This document shows, in pieces, positions 21,008 through 33,541 of a stretch of DNA of 55,540 nucleotides (positions are counted from its first letter, which is position 1; each line of letters starts with the position of its first letter). Below the pieces are notes generated by a model, which saw nothing but the letters and a program-made list of their open reading frames with translations, was not told where the DNA came from and did not search any database. A program made the translations under genes and the position numbers. The DNA is from Dimargaris cristalligena (taxonomy: Eukaryota), in contig ML002258.1 of assembly GCA_003614675.1 (NCBI GenBank), positions 1 to 55,540 on the forward strand, written 5' to 3'.

Positions 21008-24000
21008 TTAGGTGGTGGATTTACCCAGCACCAGAGCCAGAAGGGCCATGCGGACATACATGCCGTACTTCATTTGGCGGAAGTAGGCGGCCCGGGGATC
21101 GAAATCGACTTCGGGGTCAATTTCACCGATACGCGGAAGCGGGTGCATCAGAATCATCTGGGGCTTGGCCTGGGCTAACATGGCATTATTGACCACGTAG
21201 GCGTCCTTAACCCGGTCGTAATCGTCTTGATTAGAAAACCGCTCCTTTTGAACTCGGGTCACGTACACCACATCGGAGTCGCCCATGACGTCGGATAGGT
21301 CGGTGAACTCGCGCTGCGGAATACCGTACTTGGCCACTTCGGCCTTGGTTTCGGCGGGCATGCGGAGTTCGGGCGGGCTGACGTAGTTGAGAGTAACATG
21401 ATAAAGGGCAAGGAGTTTAACCAGGCTGTGCACGGTGCGGCCGTTCTTGAGATCGCCCACCAGAGTAATGGTCAGGCCATTAACAGTACCCAGCTCCTCT
21501 CGGATAGTGAAAATATCCAAAAAGGCCTGGGTAGGGTGTTCACCGATACCGTCGCCCCCGTTGATGATGGGCACGGGGGAGTGTTTCGAAGCCAGCTGGG
21601 CACTACCCGGACTGGGGTGGCGGAGAACCACCACATCACCATAAGCCCCGAAGGTTTGTACCGTGTCGGCCAGGGTTTCGCCCTTAGCTACGGAGGAGGT
21701 CATGGCATCGGCGGTAACCACCGATCCACCCAAACGCTGCATAGCAGTAGCGAACGAGCACTGAGTGCGGCTGGACGGCTCAAAGAAGACCGTGCAGAGC
21801 ACACGGCCGGGCAACAGGTTAATCATACCGTGGCGCTCCACTTGGGTGCGCATTTCCTGGGCCACTCCAAACAATACATGGAGTTCGTCACGGGAGAACT
21901 GGCGCACGGAGAGGATATGCTTATGGTAGAAGGGGGAGTGAATTCCGATGCGGGACAGGGAACTGGGCAGTCCCTCGATGAGACGAGTACGCATCTCGCG
22001 GCGGTGGTGATGGTCCACAACGGGAGAAAGCAAAGCATCAGGCATGTTAGTAGTCAGCGTGCCCGCAGAAGCGAGGGAAGATGAGCCCACCCCGCTGCCA
22101 ATAGCACCAACTGACGAGGGACCGGCCTTGGTGACCGTTCCACCCAGGATGGTAGAACCCGATACACCAGCGTGGCTCGGGCCCGCAGCTGTGGAGGTCG
22201 AAGCCACCTTCTGCATACTCACGGGGGCAGCGCCAGTGACGGCGGTTGAAGCTTCGCCGGACCCAGTGGCAACCGTCAGGCCGGTAGTCTCTCGGATCTG
22301 TCGACTTAACGAAGTGGACACCCGGTGGGTAACATCCTGGCCATGCATATTCTTGACGAAAATGTTACCGTCCAAGTACACCAGTTTGCCCCGAATAACC
22401 ACGCGAGTCACCACACCCTTCATGAGGCGTCCAGCCAGGGGCGACCAGGCGGCCGGACTGTGGCGGAATCCATTGGCCGGGACGCGGAAAGTACGGTCCA
22501 AGTCAACTTCTACGTAGGTATCGGGCTGTTCCGGAATACCGAAGATCTTGCGGGGGTTTTCGTGCAGCCGGAGGATTAGGCCTTCGATAGACAGGCGCTT
22601 ATCGGCCACCGCAGTCAGTAAGAGGGCCGTCAGACCCTCAAAGCCGAAACCGGCAATGCAGTCCCGGCCTACTTCGCTACAGATGGTACGGACAATGGAG
22701 CCCGTGCTAATGCAGTCAATGTATTTCAGGTTCTCCCAGAGGGCCTCGGAGTCCTCGAGCTTCACCCCTGCGACCTCGTTGGCTTGGCACCGATCAGTGG
22801 CATCGTGGTTAACCTGCCGGGCTTCCAGCAGTTCCTGGGTGAACAAGGCCAGGTGGGGTACATCGCAAGTCACACGGAGACCACGGTCCTTACTGAGCGC
22901 AATCAGTTCAATGTCTTGGCGGGTCGTTACGTTGGTGATGTGGATGGTACGGTTATACAGACTGGCCAGGAGCAGAATGGAAGCCAGGTCCGTCCCCTCG
23001 GCGTCGGTAATAATCAGGCCATTGGGCGTCCAGCTCTTGAAGAACCGGGAGGCCACGGTGGTCATGTTCTTCCTCGGGATTAAACGATTATGGTCCCGGC
23101 AGGGTAAGAACAGCAGAGGGGCCCGGTCCTGGAGGGGAGTGAGCGCATCGAAGTTGGCGTCCGTGGCGGTGATCTGGAACACCATGTCGCACAACGTCCG
23201 GTTTTCAATGGCGGTGTGGAGGTCATCCAACTGGTCCGCCCCAATAATCGCCTCCTTGTCGGCCACCGGATTGATACAGAGGGTAGTGAATCCACTGGCA
23301 ATAGCCGCCACCGACTGGTTGAAGTACTGGTTGCGGTTAACGTTACTGAAGGCGGCCAAGAAGGTGCTGACGTTGGTCAAACCCGGCAAGACCACCGACC
23401 GGTAGGAGGAGATGTAGTCCACGCTAGTCACATCCAGACCCTTCCAGCGGGCCAATGCCTCAATGAACAACTTGGCACACTTGACATTGGTGATCAGGGG
23501 GATCGAGTAGTCCACCGCCATACGGCGGGTGCGGTAGCCCTTACTAACGTAGCTGGCCGGGCGGCGGAAGCGGTTCTTGGACGGCAGGTTGATGTACAAG
23601 TCGATGAGATTGTTGGCCATGTGTTGGTCGAGGTTGTATTCGTCCTTGAACTGGGAAGCGGCATCGAGGCTCTTGGGGGAAGACGACCCTTCGCTGGTGA
23701 CGCCGGTGGTTACCAAGTACTGCACGGGCACACCGTGCTCTTGCATGAAATCGGCGGTACCGCCCGTACCGAACAGTCGGTAGCCCAAGGCGTGCAAGCG
23801 CTGCACCGAAGGCAGCATCTCATGCTTCTCCTTGTACGACCCAATTGAAATAAGGATATTCTTCTTCGGCAGTTGAATACCGGTGGAAAGCAGGGCCTTG
23901 ATGTAGGCCTCGTACTTGTCCCGTCCGAAGCAGGCCACCTCACCCGTGGAAGCCATTTCCACGCCGAGGATAGGGTCGGCGCCGAGAAGACGGCTGAAGC

Positions 24001-27000
24001 TGAACTGGGGCACCTTGATACCCACCACGGGGGTGGGCTGAGCACCGGGAGAGGGAACGGGCGGGGACAGAGTCGAGGCTGGGTAAGGCTCCACGGGCAG
24101 ACCCAGCATGGCCTTAGTGGCCATTTCGATGAGATCAATCCCCTTCACCTTGGACACGAACGGGAAGGAACGGGCCGCGCGAACGTTGCACTCAATCACC
24201 TTGATTTCGTTGTCCTTGGCCATAAACTGAATATTGAAGGGACCGGTTACGTTGAGTGCGCTGGCGATCATGCGGGTGGCGATTTCCACCTTGCGCACGG
24301 TCTCGGGGTCGAGGTCCTGGGGAGGCAGGATCAGGGTAGCGTCACCAGAATGGACACCAGCGTTCTCCACGTGTTCCGACACGACGTGCATAATCAGCTC
24401 GCCGTCCAGGGCCACGGCATCCATTTCGATTTCCTTGGCCTCTTCGATATACTTGGTGATAACCACGGGGTGGTCGCGCGAGACGGCCGTAGCTTCGTTC
24501 AGATAGCTGGTCAGGTCATCGGGGGAAAAAACGACATTCATGGCCGCGCCAGAGAGCACATAAGAGGGGCGCACCAGCACCGGGTAGCCCACTTTGCTAC
24601 AGAACTCGTTGGCCTCTTCGAAACTGGTCAGTTCCTTCCACAGGGGCTGGTCCACGCCAATCTTGTCCAACATACGGGAGAACTTGTAACGGTTCTCGGC
24701 AGTGTCAATCATCTCGGGCGAGGTTCCCAGGATTTTAACGCCCTGGCGGTGAAGGGGCAGAGCAATGTTGTTGGGGGTCTGTCCACCCATGGAAATCATC
24801 ACACCACTGGACTGCTCCATTTCGTAAATGTCCAGGATACGCTCCAGGGTGATGTTCTCAAAGTAGAGTCGGTCGGCCTCGTCATAATCGGTCGACACAG
24901 TCTCGGGGTTGTAGTTTACCATGACCGTCTTCATGCCATTGGCACGGAGAGTGCGGATGGCCCGGACCGCACACCAGTCGAACTCCACGGAGGAACCGAT
25001 ACGGTAGACACCGGAACCCACCACCATGATACCCTGGTCGTCAAATGTAATGTCGTTCTCGGAGGCGTTGTAGGTCATGTACAGGTAGTTCGTATAGGCA
25101 GGGAACTCGGCGGCCACCGTATCAATCTGCTTCACAAAAGGAACGATGCCCCACTCGCTGCGGCGCTGGCGGACGGCCATCTCGTGGCTACCCAGGCACT
25201 TGGCCACGGTGCGGTCGGAGAATCCGAGCTGCTTAGCCGAACGCAGAAGGGAGGGGGTCACGTCGTTGGGAGTGTAGCTGGACAGTGTCTTCTCCAGGAG
25301 AACGATGTTACGCAGCTTGTTAAGGAACCAGCGGTCGATGCGGGTCAATTCCCAGATGCGGTCCACCGAATAGCCTTGGTGCAGTGCGTTGGCAATGGCG
25401 AACAGGCGTTGGTCGGAGGGGTTGGTCAGCTCTTCGTCAATGTCCGTCACATAGTCGTTCTGGGTGAAGCCCAGGAAGGAGAACTCAACGGCCTGGATAG
25501 CCTTCTGGATTGTTTCCTCAAAGGTACGGCCAATAGCCATGACTTCACCCACGCTCTTCATGGATGAGGACAGGTTCTTACTGACGCGGGTGAACTTCTT
25601 CAAATCCCAGCGGGGGATCTTGACCACGATGTAGTCCAGGGAAGGTTCGAAACAGGCCGAGGTCTTCTTAGTCACGCTGTTGCGAATCTCGTTCAGGGGC
25701 ACGCCCAGGCCGAGCTTGGAGGCCACGAAGGCCAGAGGGAAGCCGGTGGCCTTGGAAGCCAGCGCTGAACTACGACTCAGACGGGCGTTCACTTCGATAA
25801 TGCAGTATTCCTTCGAGTCTGGGTTCAGGGCGTACTGGATGTTGCACTCACCCACTACCCCAAGATGGCGGATAACGTTAATGGCGGTGGTGCGTAGCAT
25901 ATTGTAGTCATCGTCACTCAGGGTCTGGGAGGGAGCTACTACGATGGAGTCACCAGTGTGGATACCGAGAGGATCGAAGTTTTCCATGTTACACACAGTG
26001 ATGCAGTTATCGTAGGCATCCCGGACCACTTCGTACTCAATTTCCTTCCAACCCTTCATGGACCGCTCAATGAGCACCTGGGGGCTAGAGGCGAAGGCCT
26101 TATTACACAGATCGGTGAGTTCATTTTCGTTCTCAGCAAAACCGGAGCCTAGGCCGCCGAGGGCGAAGGCGGCACGGACGATCACGGGGAACCCAATGGC
26201 CCGACCGGCGTCAAGAGCCTCCGCCACGGTGGTGGCCGAAGCGGACTGGGCGCACTTCTCGTTGATCTCCTGCATGCTCTGGGAGAACAGTTCACGATCC
26301 TCCGTGGTGATGATGGTGCTGATGGGGGTACCCAGCACCGTCACGCCCAGGGAATCAAACTCGTCCTTCATCTGAATACCGACGTTGAGGGCGGTTTGAC
26401 CACCGAAGGTCACGTAGATACCGTCCGGTTTTTCGTGCTGAATGACCTTGCGCACGCTATCAGCGGTGACGGGCAAGAAGTAGCACTTGTCGGCCAGGCC
26501 CTTGGAGGTCTGGATGGTGGCAATATTGGGATTGATAAGAATGGTATAAATGTTCTCCTCCTTCAGGGCCTTGATGGCTTGGCTGCCAGAGTAGTCGAAC
26601 TCGCCAGCTTGGCCGATACTCAGGCCACCGCTGCCCAGGATCAGCACTTTGCGCAGAGACCCGCCGCGCAGGTCCTTGTGGGCAAACTTACGGACCTGGA
26701 TGTAGGACATATTATCAGTGGTTTCGCCGGGGAACTGGAGCGGGGCCAGTAGGGTGGCGTCCTCCTCCCCGCGGTGGGCGGAGCGGTGCACCGACTCAAT
26801 GAACACTTCGAACAGATATTCGGTGTCACGCGGGCCCGGGGCGGACTCGGGGTGGAATTGGACCGAGAAGTAGGGAAGAGTCTGGTGTTGGATGCCCTCA
26901 TTGGAACCGTCATTGGCATTGACGAAACGCTCAAAGAAGGTGGATGGCAGCGACGAAGTATCGACGGCATAACCGTGGTTCTGGGAGGTGATGTAGCACC

Positions 27001-28111
27001 GACCGGTACGCACATCAGTACAGGGGATGTTTTGACCGCGGTTACCGTACTTCATTTTGGAGGTAGTCGCACCGGCCGCTAGGGCCAGGAGCTGGTGGCC
27101 TAAACAGATACCGAAAATAGGCACCCGTTCCTGGGCCATGACCCCCCGCAGGCGCTCGACTGTGATGGCCAGGGTAGTCGGGTCACCCGGCCCGTTACTG
27201 ATGAACAAACCGTCGTATTCGAGCTCTTCGGTGAGGGTGAAGTCGAAGTCCCAGGGGACCACATGCAGCTCCACCCCGCGTCGCACGAAGCAGCGGATCT
27301 GGTTGTATTTCATACCCACATCGACGGCCAGGATCCGCAGGGGCTGTCCGTTAGGACGGGTCCGCATGGGGGTCGCTACTTCGGGGGCGTAGGTGGTGGG
27401 GGTTTTGTGAGCAACCTGAGCGACCAGGTTGGTCCGGTTGGGATCAGACCAGGACACGTTGTGCAGGGGCGTCATCCAGTCCTCTTCAGTGGGACCCACC
27501 ACAGGGCCGGCCTCAGACGTAGGGGGCGCGGTCGAGGCGGTAACGTTGGCAGCCTGGACGGCCGCCATGGGTAGGAGCAGTTTACCGAGCATCACACCCT
27601 GCTGGCGAATTTTCTTGGTCAGGGCCCGGGTATCCACGCCGTAGACGGCCGGGATGTTTTGTTCCACCAACCAGGCGGATAGAGAAGACTCGGCTAGGTA
27701 ATGCGAGTAGTCCCCGGAGTAGACCCCCACGACCAGAGCGGCCACGTGGATCGAATTCGACTCGAAATACGCCGGCAGGTCCTTAAGCCAGTGGTCGACG
27801 GCCGTACGGGACGGCACACCGTAGTTGCCGACGAGGGGGTAGGTCAGGACCAGGATTTGACCACGGTAGGACGGGTCAGTCAGGGACTCGGGGTAGCCCA
27901 CCATGCCGGTCTGGAATACGCATTCGCCGGAGACGGAGTGGGTCTCGGCACCAAAGCTATAGCCCTCGACGCTGAAGCCGTCTTGGAGGACCAAAGTAGC
28001 CGGGGTCGGGGCGTGGCTGGCGCTGGGATTGGCGGGGGCCCCAGGCTTCAGGGGGGACTGTGCCACCACATTGCTGGAATGGGTGGAGGTGGTAGTAGGA
28101 ATGGGGGACAT
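21008..28111 (-). CDS. URA2: CAD-like multifunctional pyrimidine synthesis protein (GATase-CPSase-inactive DHOase-like-ATCase), single 2367-aa ORF
   Basis: GATase motifs [23 protein letters not shown] motifs [19 protein letters not shown] and [15 protein letters not shown]. ATCase motifs [26 protein letters not shown] and MHPLPR. The DHO region reads [10 protein letters not shown] instead of LPGLIDVHVH. Confidence 0.99.
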   Translation of the reverse strand: MSPIPTTTSTHSSNVVAQSPLKPGAPANPSASHAPTPATLVLQDGFSVEGYSFGAETHSVSGECVFQTGMVGYPESLTDPSYRGQILVLTYPLVGNYGVPSRTAVDHWLKDLPAYFESNSIHVAALVVGVYSGDYSHYLAESSLSAWLVEQNIPAVYGVDTRALTKKIRQQGVMLGKLLLPMAAVQAANVTASTAPPTSEAGPVVGPTEEDWMTPLHNVSWSDPNRTNLVAQVAHKTPTTYAPEVATPMRTRPNGQPLRILAVDVGMKYNQIRCFVRRGVELHVVPWDFDFTLTEELEYDGLFISNGPGDPTTLAITVERLRGVMAQERVPIFGICLGHQLLALAAGATTSKMKYGNRGQNIPCTDVRTGRCYITSQNHGYAVDTSSLPSTFFERFVNANDGSNEGIQHQTLPYFSVQFHPESAPGPRDTEYLFEVFIESVHRSAHRGEEDATLLAPLQFPGETTDNMSYIQVRKFAHKDLRGGSLRKVLILGSGGLSIGQAGEFDYSGSQAIKALKEENIYTILINPNIATIQTSKGLADKCYFLPVTADSVRKVIQHEKPDGIYVTFGGQTALNVGIQMKDEFDSLGVTVLGTPISTIITTEDRELFSQSMQEINEKCAQSASATTVAEALDAGRAIGFPVIVRAAFALGGLGSGFAENENELTDLCNKAFASSPQVLIERSMKGWKEIEYEVVRDAYDNCITVCNMENFDPLGIHTGDSIVVAPSQTLSDDDYNMLRTTAINVIRHLGVVGECNIQYALNPDSKEYCIIEVNARLSRSSALASKATGFPLAFVASKLGLGVPLNEIRNSVTKKTSACFEPSLDYIVVKIPRWDLKKFTRVSKNLSSSMKSVGEVMAIGRTFEETIQKAIQAVEFSFLGFTQNDYVTDIDEELTNPSDQRLFAIANALHQGYSVDRIWELTRIDRWFLNKLRNIVLLEKTLSSYTPNDVTPSLLRSAKQLGFSDRTVAKCLGSHEMAVRQRRSEWGIVPFVKQIDTVAAEFPAYTNYLYMTYNASENDITFDDQGIMVVGSGVYRIGSSVEFDWCAVRAIRTLRANGMKTVMVNYNPETVSTDYDEADRLYFENITLERILDIYEMEQSSGVMISMGGQTPNNIALPLHRQGVKILGTSPEMIDTAENRYKFSRMLDKIGVDQPLWKELTSFEEANEFCSKVGYPVLVRPSYVLSGAAMNVVFSPDDLTSYLNEATAVSRDHPVVITKYIEEAKEIEMDAVALDGELIMHVVSEHVENAGVHSGDATLILPPQDLDPETVRKVEIATRMIASALNVTGPFNIQFMAKDNEIKVIECNVRAARSFPFVSKVKGIDLIEMATKAMLGLPVEPYPASTLSPPVPSPGAQPTPVVGIKVPQFSFSRLLGADPILGVEMASTGEVACFGRDKYEAYIKALLSTGIQLPKKNILISIGSYKEKHEMLPSVQRLHALGYRLFGTGGTADFMQEHGVPVQYLVTTGVTSEGSSSPKSLDAASQFKDEYNLDQHMANNLIDLYINLPSKNRFRRPASYVSKGYRTRRMAVDYSIPLITNVKCAKLFIEALARWKGLDVTSVDYISSYRSVVLPGLTNVSTFLAAFSNVNRNQYFNQSVAAIASGFTTLCINPVADKEAIIGADQLDDLHTAIENRTLCDMVFQITATDANFDALTPLQDRAPLLFLPCRDHNRLIPRKNMTTVASRFFKSWTPNGLIITDAEGTDLASILLLASLYNRTIHITNVTTRQDIELIALSKDRGLRVTCDVPHLALFTQELLEARQVNHDATDRCQANEVAGVKLEDSEALWENLKYIDCISTGSIVRTICSEVGRDCIAGFGFEGLTALLLTAVADKRLSIEGLILRLHENPRKIFGIPEQPDTYVEVDLDRTFRVPANGFRHSPAAWSPLAGRLMKGVVTRVVIRGKLVYLDGNIFVKNMHGQDVTHRVSTSLSRQIRETTGLTVATGSGEASTAVTGAAPVSMQKVASTSTAAGPSHAGVSGSTILGGTVTKAGPSSVGAIGSGVGSSSLASAGTLTTNMPDALLSPVVDHHHRREMRTRLIEGLPSSLSRIGIHSPFYHKHILSVRQFSRDELHVLFGVAQEMRTQVERHGMINLLPGRVLCTVFFEPSSRTQCSFATAMQRLGGSVVTADAMTSSVAKGETLADTVQTFGAYGDVVVLRHPSPGSAQLASKHSPVPIINGGDGIGEHPTQAFLDIFTIREELGTVNGLTITLVGDLKNGRTVHSLVKLLALYHVTLNYVSPPELRMPAETKAEVAKYGIPQREFTDLSDVMGDSDVVYVTRVQKERFSNQDDYDRVKDAYVVNNAMLAQAKPQMILMHPLPRIGEIDPEVDFDPRAAYFRQMKYGMYVRMALLALVLGKSTT

Positions 28112-28633
28112 GGTGTCGGATTGGCAAGAGGGGAGACCGAAAAGGATAGTTATGGATACTACTAATATATACTATTGACAAAAGGAAAGTACGAGGGGGA
28201 GCGACTCAAAGGAGCAGTCAAAGGGTAAAACAGGGGCAGTCTTGAAAAACTGGGGAAAGGAACGGGAGAAGAGGTAGAGAACGAACAGAGAAAAGCACCT
28301 AGGGTCTCTCTTCTATACACAGTTTATAAGGTTTGTTCTGGACCAAATGAATGGTGTATGTGTGAGGTGGGTTTGAGGATTTCGAGCACCAGAAATCGAT
28401 GGATCAGGGAATAGAGTAGTCACACTGGCTTCAGTGTGGCGGTGGGCGTGGGTTTGCAGGGTCTGCTTCACACTCACAACCAATCGGAAGAATGGGGAGA
28501 AGGGGGTAGAGAGAAGAGGATATACAGAGGGGGGATGTGATAAGGGGGGGCTGGCTGATATAAACAGGCAGTATGGAAGAGAGCAACAGCTTCGGATTAT
28601 CAAGCTGAAGATATGTATGTGTGTAAAATGGAA

Positions 28634-29665
28634 CTGGTGAAAGAGGGCGGCGATGAGTTAGTTATGTAAATGGGCCAAAAAAATATATGTGGAATATGCG
28701 AAAATGGAACTAAGAAATATAGGAATAATGAATGAGACCGAATGCGGCCAGGAATGAAGGGGGATTTTTAAGTATTTTCAAGCAAGGGTAACAACAACAG
28801 TCGAACCCACGTTAAATAAGCGAAAAAGTGTGGAAGGGAAGGAGGGGGGGATATAGGCAATGGCAAAAATGCTATATACGATAGTGAAGACTAGAAATGT
28901 AAAAAAAAAGGTGCGGATAAAAAGCCAAGGAGGCAATATAATGCAAAAATCCAATAGGTGCAGGGCAAATGGGGTGGAAAGCCAATTAATACCTGGGAAG
29001 GTAAAACTCAATCAAGCGAAAAATGCGAGAGACGAACCAACGCGTGGTAAGTATGAGCTGATTGGAAGCAGTAGGGTGGCGAAGAGTGGAAGATACAAGA
29101 GATATCGCACTTTCCTAGGCTAGTAGTCGGCGAACGTGTGTCTATAATACATTCATTATACCAAGCCAATGAACAAAACCAGTACAATTAGCGTTGCACC
29201 AAAGAGATAACCGCAAAGTAATTCACCGTACACCGATTATATAACCCATCCGAAGTGAAAAATAAATAGATTGTGGTAGTATGGTGGGGTACGTTGCCGA
29301 GATTCGGTCCGTTGCGAGGGGCCAAAAAAAAAGGATACACAGGGCAGATAGCAATATATAGTTGGTTAACTTTAGGGTTAGTGTCTCGGATGGTTTAGGT
29401 AAAAGGAAGGGTTTGCAAGTAAAAACCAGTCCGCACCATCGACGCCTTCATCTAGGCATATATACCAGGCTGCTTATACAAGCACAATATAATTTGGTAT
29501 TGGGAAATACGGACCCAGGCGGCCTTATATAGCTGCTCTAGAGATGCCGCCAGTAAGCCACTTGTCTATAGTATTAGAGATAACGGAAGAGCAGTTTATT
29601 ATTAGGTGGTGGTTAATCAAGCCAGAGTGGAGGAGGTTATACTAATAAAGAAATGATATGCTTAC
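28634..29665 (-). other. Putative ~1-kb 5'-UTR intron of URA2
   Basis: AAGG|GTAAGC donor at 29665 lies about 100 nt downstream of a TATATAA box (~29761-29767). ACTAAC branch point, pyrimidine tract and CAG acceptor end at 28634. Confidence 0.55.
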
Positions 29666-31918
29666 CCTTTAATAATCCGAAGGTCGCGGGGAAATGGAGC
29701 CTATGGATTAAAAAAGGGAAGAGAGAAAAAGAGTATCTAGGGGGGCGGTGGGACGCATTCTTATATAGTAAAGGGCGGCCGGGGACGAAGAAGTGCAGCC
29801 CAAAGCTCCGCCTTGGTAGCTTGGATTGGGTTGGGGTGGGGGAAGAATCGAGTGGCGGGGACTTCCCTCCCATTTACTCCCATTACTCGGTGGTCCATCT
29901 ATATGCGCATATAGTCGGTTCTTACGCCGGCTATTGGAAGGTGGAAGGAGACGTTGGGGATTTTATTTTTAGTGGTTAATATACCTAGTTAAGATAATGA
30001 TGGTGGTGCCCTCTTGTTCTCTCCATCACTGGCCTCAATTTCCCACCATATCCCTAGTCCGGGAACCGGATATATGCATGCATAGAGAAGAATGGGTTGG
30101 CAAACTCACCAATACCACCACCCCCCGCTCAAAATGGCGGTGATTCTTAGCTGAAACTTAAGGATAGTCGTTTAATAAACCACACAGCCAACTAGGAGTG
30201 TGTGTTACAGCCCAAGTGGGGATTGGATCAGCTCGACTAGGTGTGTGGGAACTGTGACGATAATGGCTTGGCCCGCGCGGATCGTCTGGCTACCCGTTGT
30301 TCACCAGAGGAAGAAGAGGAAGCGATATGCAAAAAATAAGGCGGAGTCGGCGAAACGGAGGGAGGAGAGCAGAAATAATCGGATGTTAGAGAGATGTATT
30401 ATTCGCCCCACCACCAACTAAACTGGACGACGAATCGACGAACCACCAATAACATGGCTCGGTAATAAAACGAGGCGCTAATGAAGACTAGTTAACGGTC
30501 TCAATCACTCACTTTCCTTACCCGCTGAAACGAATCCCTTCCCTTTCTCCTCCTCCTCCTCCAATCTCTTTCGAAGAGGAAAGAAGGGGAGAGGGGACCT
30601 TATAAAATCCCACATTATTTTTGAAACACACCTGCACTCACCGGGGTCGTACGACTAAAATTTCGGGAATTTCGTTAATTATGAAAACTAAGGGGGGGAA
30701 GAACCCTACCCCACCATTACCAAAGATAAATAGATTATCCGAAATTGTTACAGATAAATGAAGGGACAGGACGGGAAGGAGGAGGACCCGGTTGTTTCGA
30801 TAAGTAAAGTATACCACTATACCCTGCCTTCACGCGACACCAATAGAGCTGATATCTTGGTGAGAGTATTCCAAACGGTAGGCAGTTCTGCACTTAAAAG
30901 GAAATATTGGTTACGGTGTTTTTGATTAATTAGGAATCAGGCGGTTTGGTAAGTTGGAGAAGAAGAGAAGGCGACGGAGGAAGAGGGTTTTGGTACTTTC
31001 CCCACTTCAGCATGACCGGAGAGATGCACTTCTGTTTGGGCGGGAACCCCCCTTTTCTACGTGTGTGTGTTACCCCCATTAGTGACTGTTCGAAATCAAA
31101 TCAGTACATGACACGGTGGAGGAGGGGGGGATAATTGGCCGATATCGCTTATCGGAACTGTTTCAGATGGGCCGGGAAATTCGGTATGGGGGATGGTTGT
31201 TACATCAAGAGAAGTCCCTCAGAACGGCAAGATCACTGCGCGCAATCCTCCAGAATGACTCGATGACCTAGTTGACATCCCCTCCTCACCTTCTTATCGC
31301 ACTACATAAACCGGCTATATCAGCTTCACACAGCAAAAGGGCCCGAACAATAGACCTCTAAATCGGGGTAATAAAGGTATTAGGCCTGCATAAGTTACGT
31401 GATAATATTGAGGGTTTGTTTAGCCCGATGGGAACCCAACCAAATCAAAAGGGTGGTTTTTGGTTTGGAAGGCTGACCTGGAACCGTAATGAATGCCGTC
31501 ATAGTTTGGGCTAGGGCTAGGTATCCCCACACCCCTCATTAACCATTAATCATTGACATATGCAAGTCATTTTGATACAGTTGGATTACCCAGCCAACTT
31601 TCCCCCCCTAATACAATTACAATTGAGGATGGCTTTATGTATAACTGGAATATGCTAACTGGTGTGGGCACCATTGCTTCAGGTAGTACTTGAGGTAAAA
31701 ATAAAAAATACATAGCTAAAATAAAATATAGTATAGTATGGTATGGGCTTAGGGCTAAGGAATTATAGGATTAATTTGCCCTCCCTGACACCACTTGGGA
31801 CCATAAACCTGGATTATATATATAACGAAGACGTTATGCGCTACTGTTAAATGACCGCCCCGACAATGTCACTCCCGGAAACGAACGATTACGCTAGCAC
31901 GGGTGCGGGAAACACGGT

Positions 31919-33541
31919 TTAAAAGTCGCGCTTGCTCAACCAGCGCTCAATCATATCGGCTGAACTCTCGGGCTGGTCGTAAGGGACCATATGTCCGGCA
32001 CCAAAGACCCGCAGGAAAGTGAAATTCTCGTGGGAGCGGACCTCGCCGACCTGGAGGTCCTCGGTGGGCTTCCTCTTGTTATTTGAGCGGTGGTGACGCG
32101 ACGAGCGGTTCTTATTATCGCTCTTGCCAGCGGACATGGTCCAGGCGCGATCCTTGGCGGCGGCGAATTGTTTCTGACCGGCCCAGGACAGCTCAATCGT
32201 CCAAGCCTTGTTACCATACCAGTTGCAGATGAAGTCAGCATCACCAGCGTAGACCAAAATACGAATACCCGATTCTAGTAGTTCAGGCAGGTAGCGCATA
32301 TAGGGTTTCATCCAATCGCCGGCCAGGTTGAAGCCCATGTTGACGTTCATATTACAGCCCTGGTATTTCTCCACATCGGCTCCCAATTCCGCCTTGACTT
32401 CGGGGCGGTTGAGGTACTTCTCGATGGCACCGATGATGGGGTAGCATAAGCCGCCGCTTTCACAAGGTTCCCGGACGTCATAGGGGTTCAAACCGGACTC
32501 TTGGTAGGGTCCGATGATCCCGCGGTTACAGGTGAAGGAGGCGGGCACGCAGCTCAGGGCATTCTCGTACCGGTAGCACTTCTCAATCTTTTCGGCACAC
32601 GCGGGGTAGGCATTCTCCATGCGACGGCAGGCCGACTCGGAAAGCACCGAGCCGTAGGAGGAGTCGCAGGCCATCTTGTGGTAATATTTATACTGAACCA
32701 GCTCATCAACCAATCCGTTACCAATGCCCAGACTGTCCAGGTTAATGACCTGCACGCCTTTGCCCTTCCAGAACTGGCCCACCAGCGAGGACGTATCCAA
32801 CAGCTGGCGATTTTCGCGGAAGATCTTGCTGCCGATGGCCGGGACGTAGTGTCCGCCGTAGGACTCGCCAAACACATGGAAGGGCAGACTGGCGTATTGG
32901 TTGAACTGCTGGAAGAAGAGTTGTAGGAAAGCGTACACGTCTTCGCTAGCGCTGACGGTGTTGAACACGCCGCGGCCGTAGGAGTAACCCACGTTGACGG
33001 GCTGGTCTAGGAAGATAAGGTTGGCGTGGTTATTCCAGGAGTGGGGGTTGTTGACCACACCATCGCCCTTGGCGTTGACGCGACAGGGTCCCAGTTCCAT
33101 AAGCAGACCGGTCATGGACGAGCAGCCGGGGCCACCGTTCAGCCATAACAGTACGGGGTCTTCGGCGGGCCGGTCGCGGGACTCGAAGAACCAGAAGTAA
33201 AAGTGCTTGTCCGAGTCGACGTCCAAGTAGCCCGAATACTGCTTGACGGTCGGGTCGCACAGCTTGGGCTGGCGAACGCGGAGCTTATATTGGGGGAACG
33301 CAGTGTGTTCAGCCACCATGAGCCACTTGTCGTCATCCGAACCCGTGGTGGTCCGCGGAGGGGTCGCCAAAGGGTTGGCGGGACCGCCGAGCATGGGCGA
33401 GTGGTTGGGGCTTTGGCCCAGGTGGGGACGGTTGTTGAAGACCATGGTTTCCTCCGTGTAGGAGAAGACGAACTGGTCGGTGGCTAGGGCCACCTGGCCG
33501 AGCAGGCAGGTGGCGGCCAGCAAGACCGACGCGCGAAGCAT
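31919..33541 (-). CDS. PRC1: Serine carboxypeptidase S10 (carboxypeptidase Y-like) precursor, 540 aa, intronless
   Basis: Signal peptide MLRASVLLAATCLLGQVALA, WLNGGPGCSS, catalytic GESYGG, GDADFICN and GAGHMVPYDQP. Confidence 0.96.
   Translation of the reverse strand: MLRASVLLAATCLLGQVALATDQFVFSYTEETMVFNNRPHLGQSPNHSPMLGGPANPLATPPRTTTGSDDDKWLMVAEHTAFPQYKLRVRQPKLCDPTVKQYSGYLDVDSDKHFYFWFFESRDRPAEDPVLLWLNGGPGCSSMTGLLMELGPCRVNAKGDGVVNNPHSWNNHANLIFLDQPVNVGYSYGRGVFNTVSASEDVYAFLQLFFQQFNQYASLPFHVFGESYGGHYVPAIGSKIFRENRQLLDTSSLVGQFWKGKGVQVINLDSLGIGNGLVDELVQYKYYHKMACDSSYGSVLSESACRRMENAYPACAEKIEKCYRYENALSCVPASFTCNRGIIGPYQESGLNPYDVREPCESGGLCYPIIGAIEKYLNRPEVKAELGADVEKYQGCNMNVNMGFNLAGDWMKPYMRYLPELLESGIRILVYAGDADFICNWYGNKAWTIELSWAGQKQFAAAKDRAWTMSAGKSDNKNRSSRHHRSNNKRKPTEDLQVGEVRSHENFTFLRVFGAGHMVPYDQPESSADMIERWLSKRDF

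Noticed and set aside
23873-25567. 564-aa + strand ORF and the other long ORFs antisense to URA2, DED1, ATP3, cyclin, PRC1 and UPS1
   Set aside because: Shadow ORFs caused by GC3-rich codon usage of the real genes on the opposite strand. No recognisable motifs.
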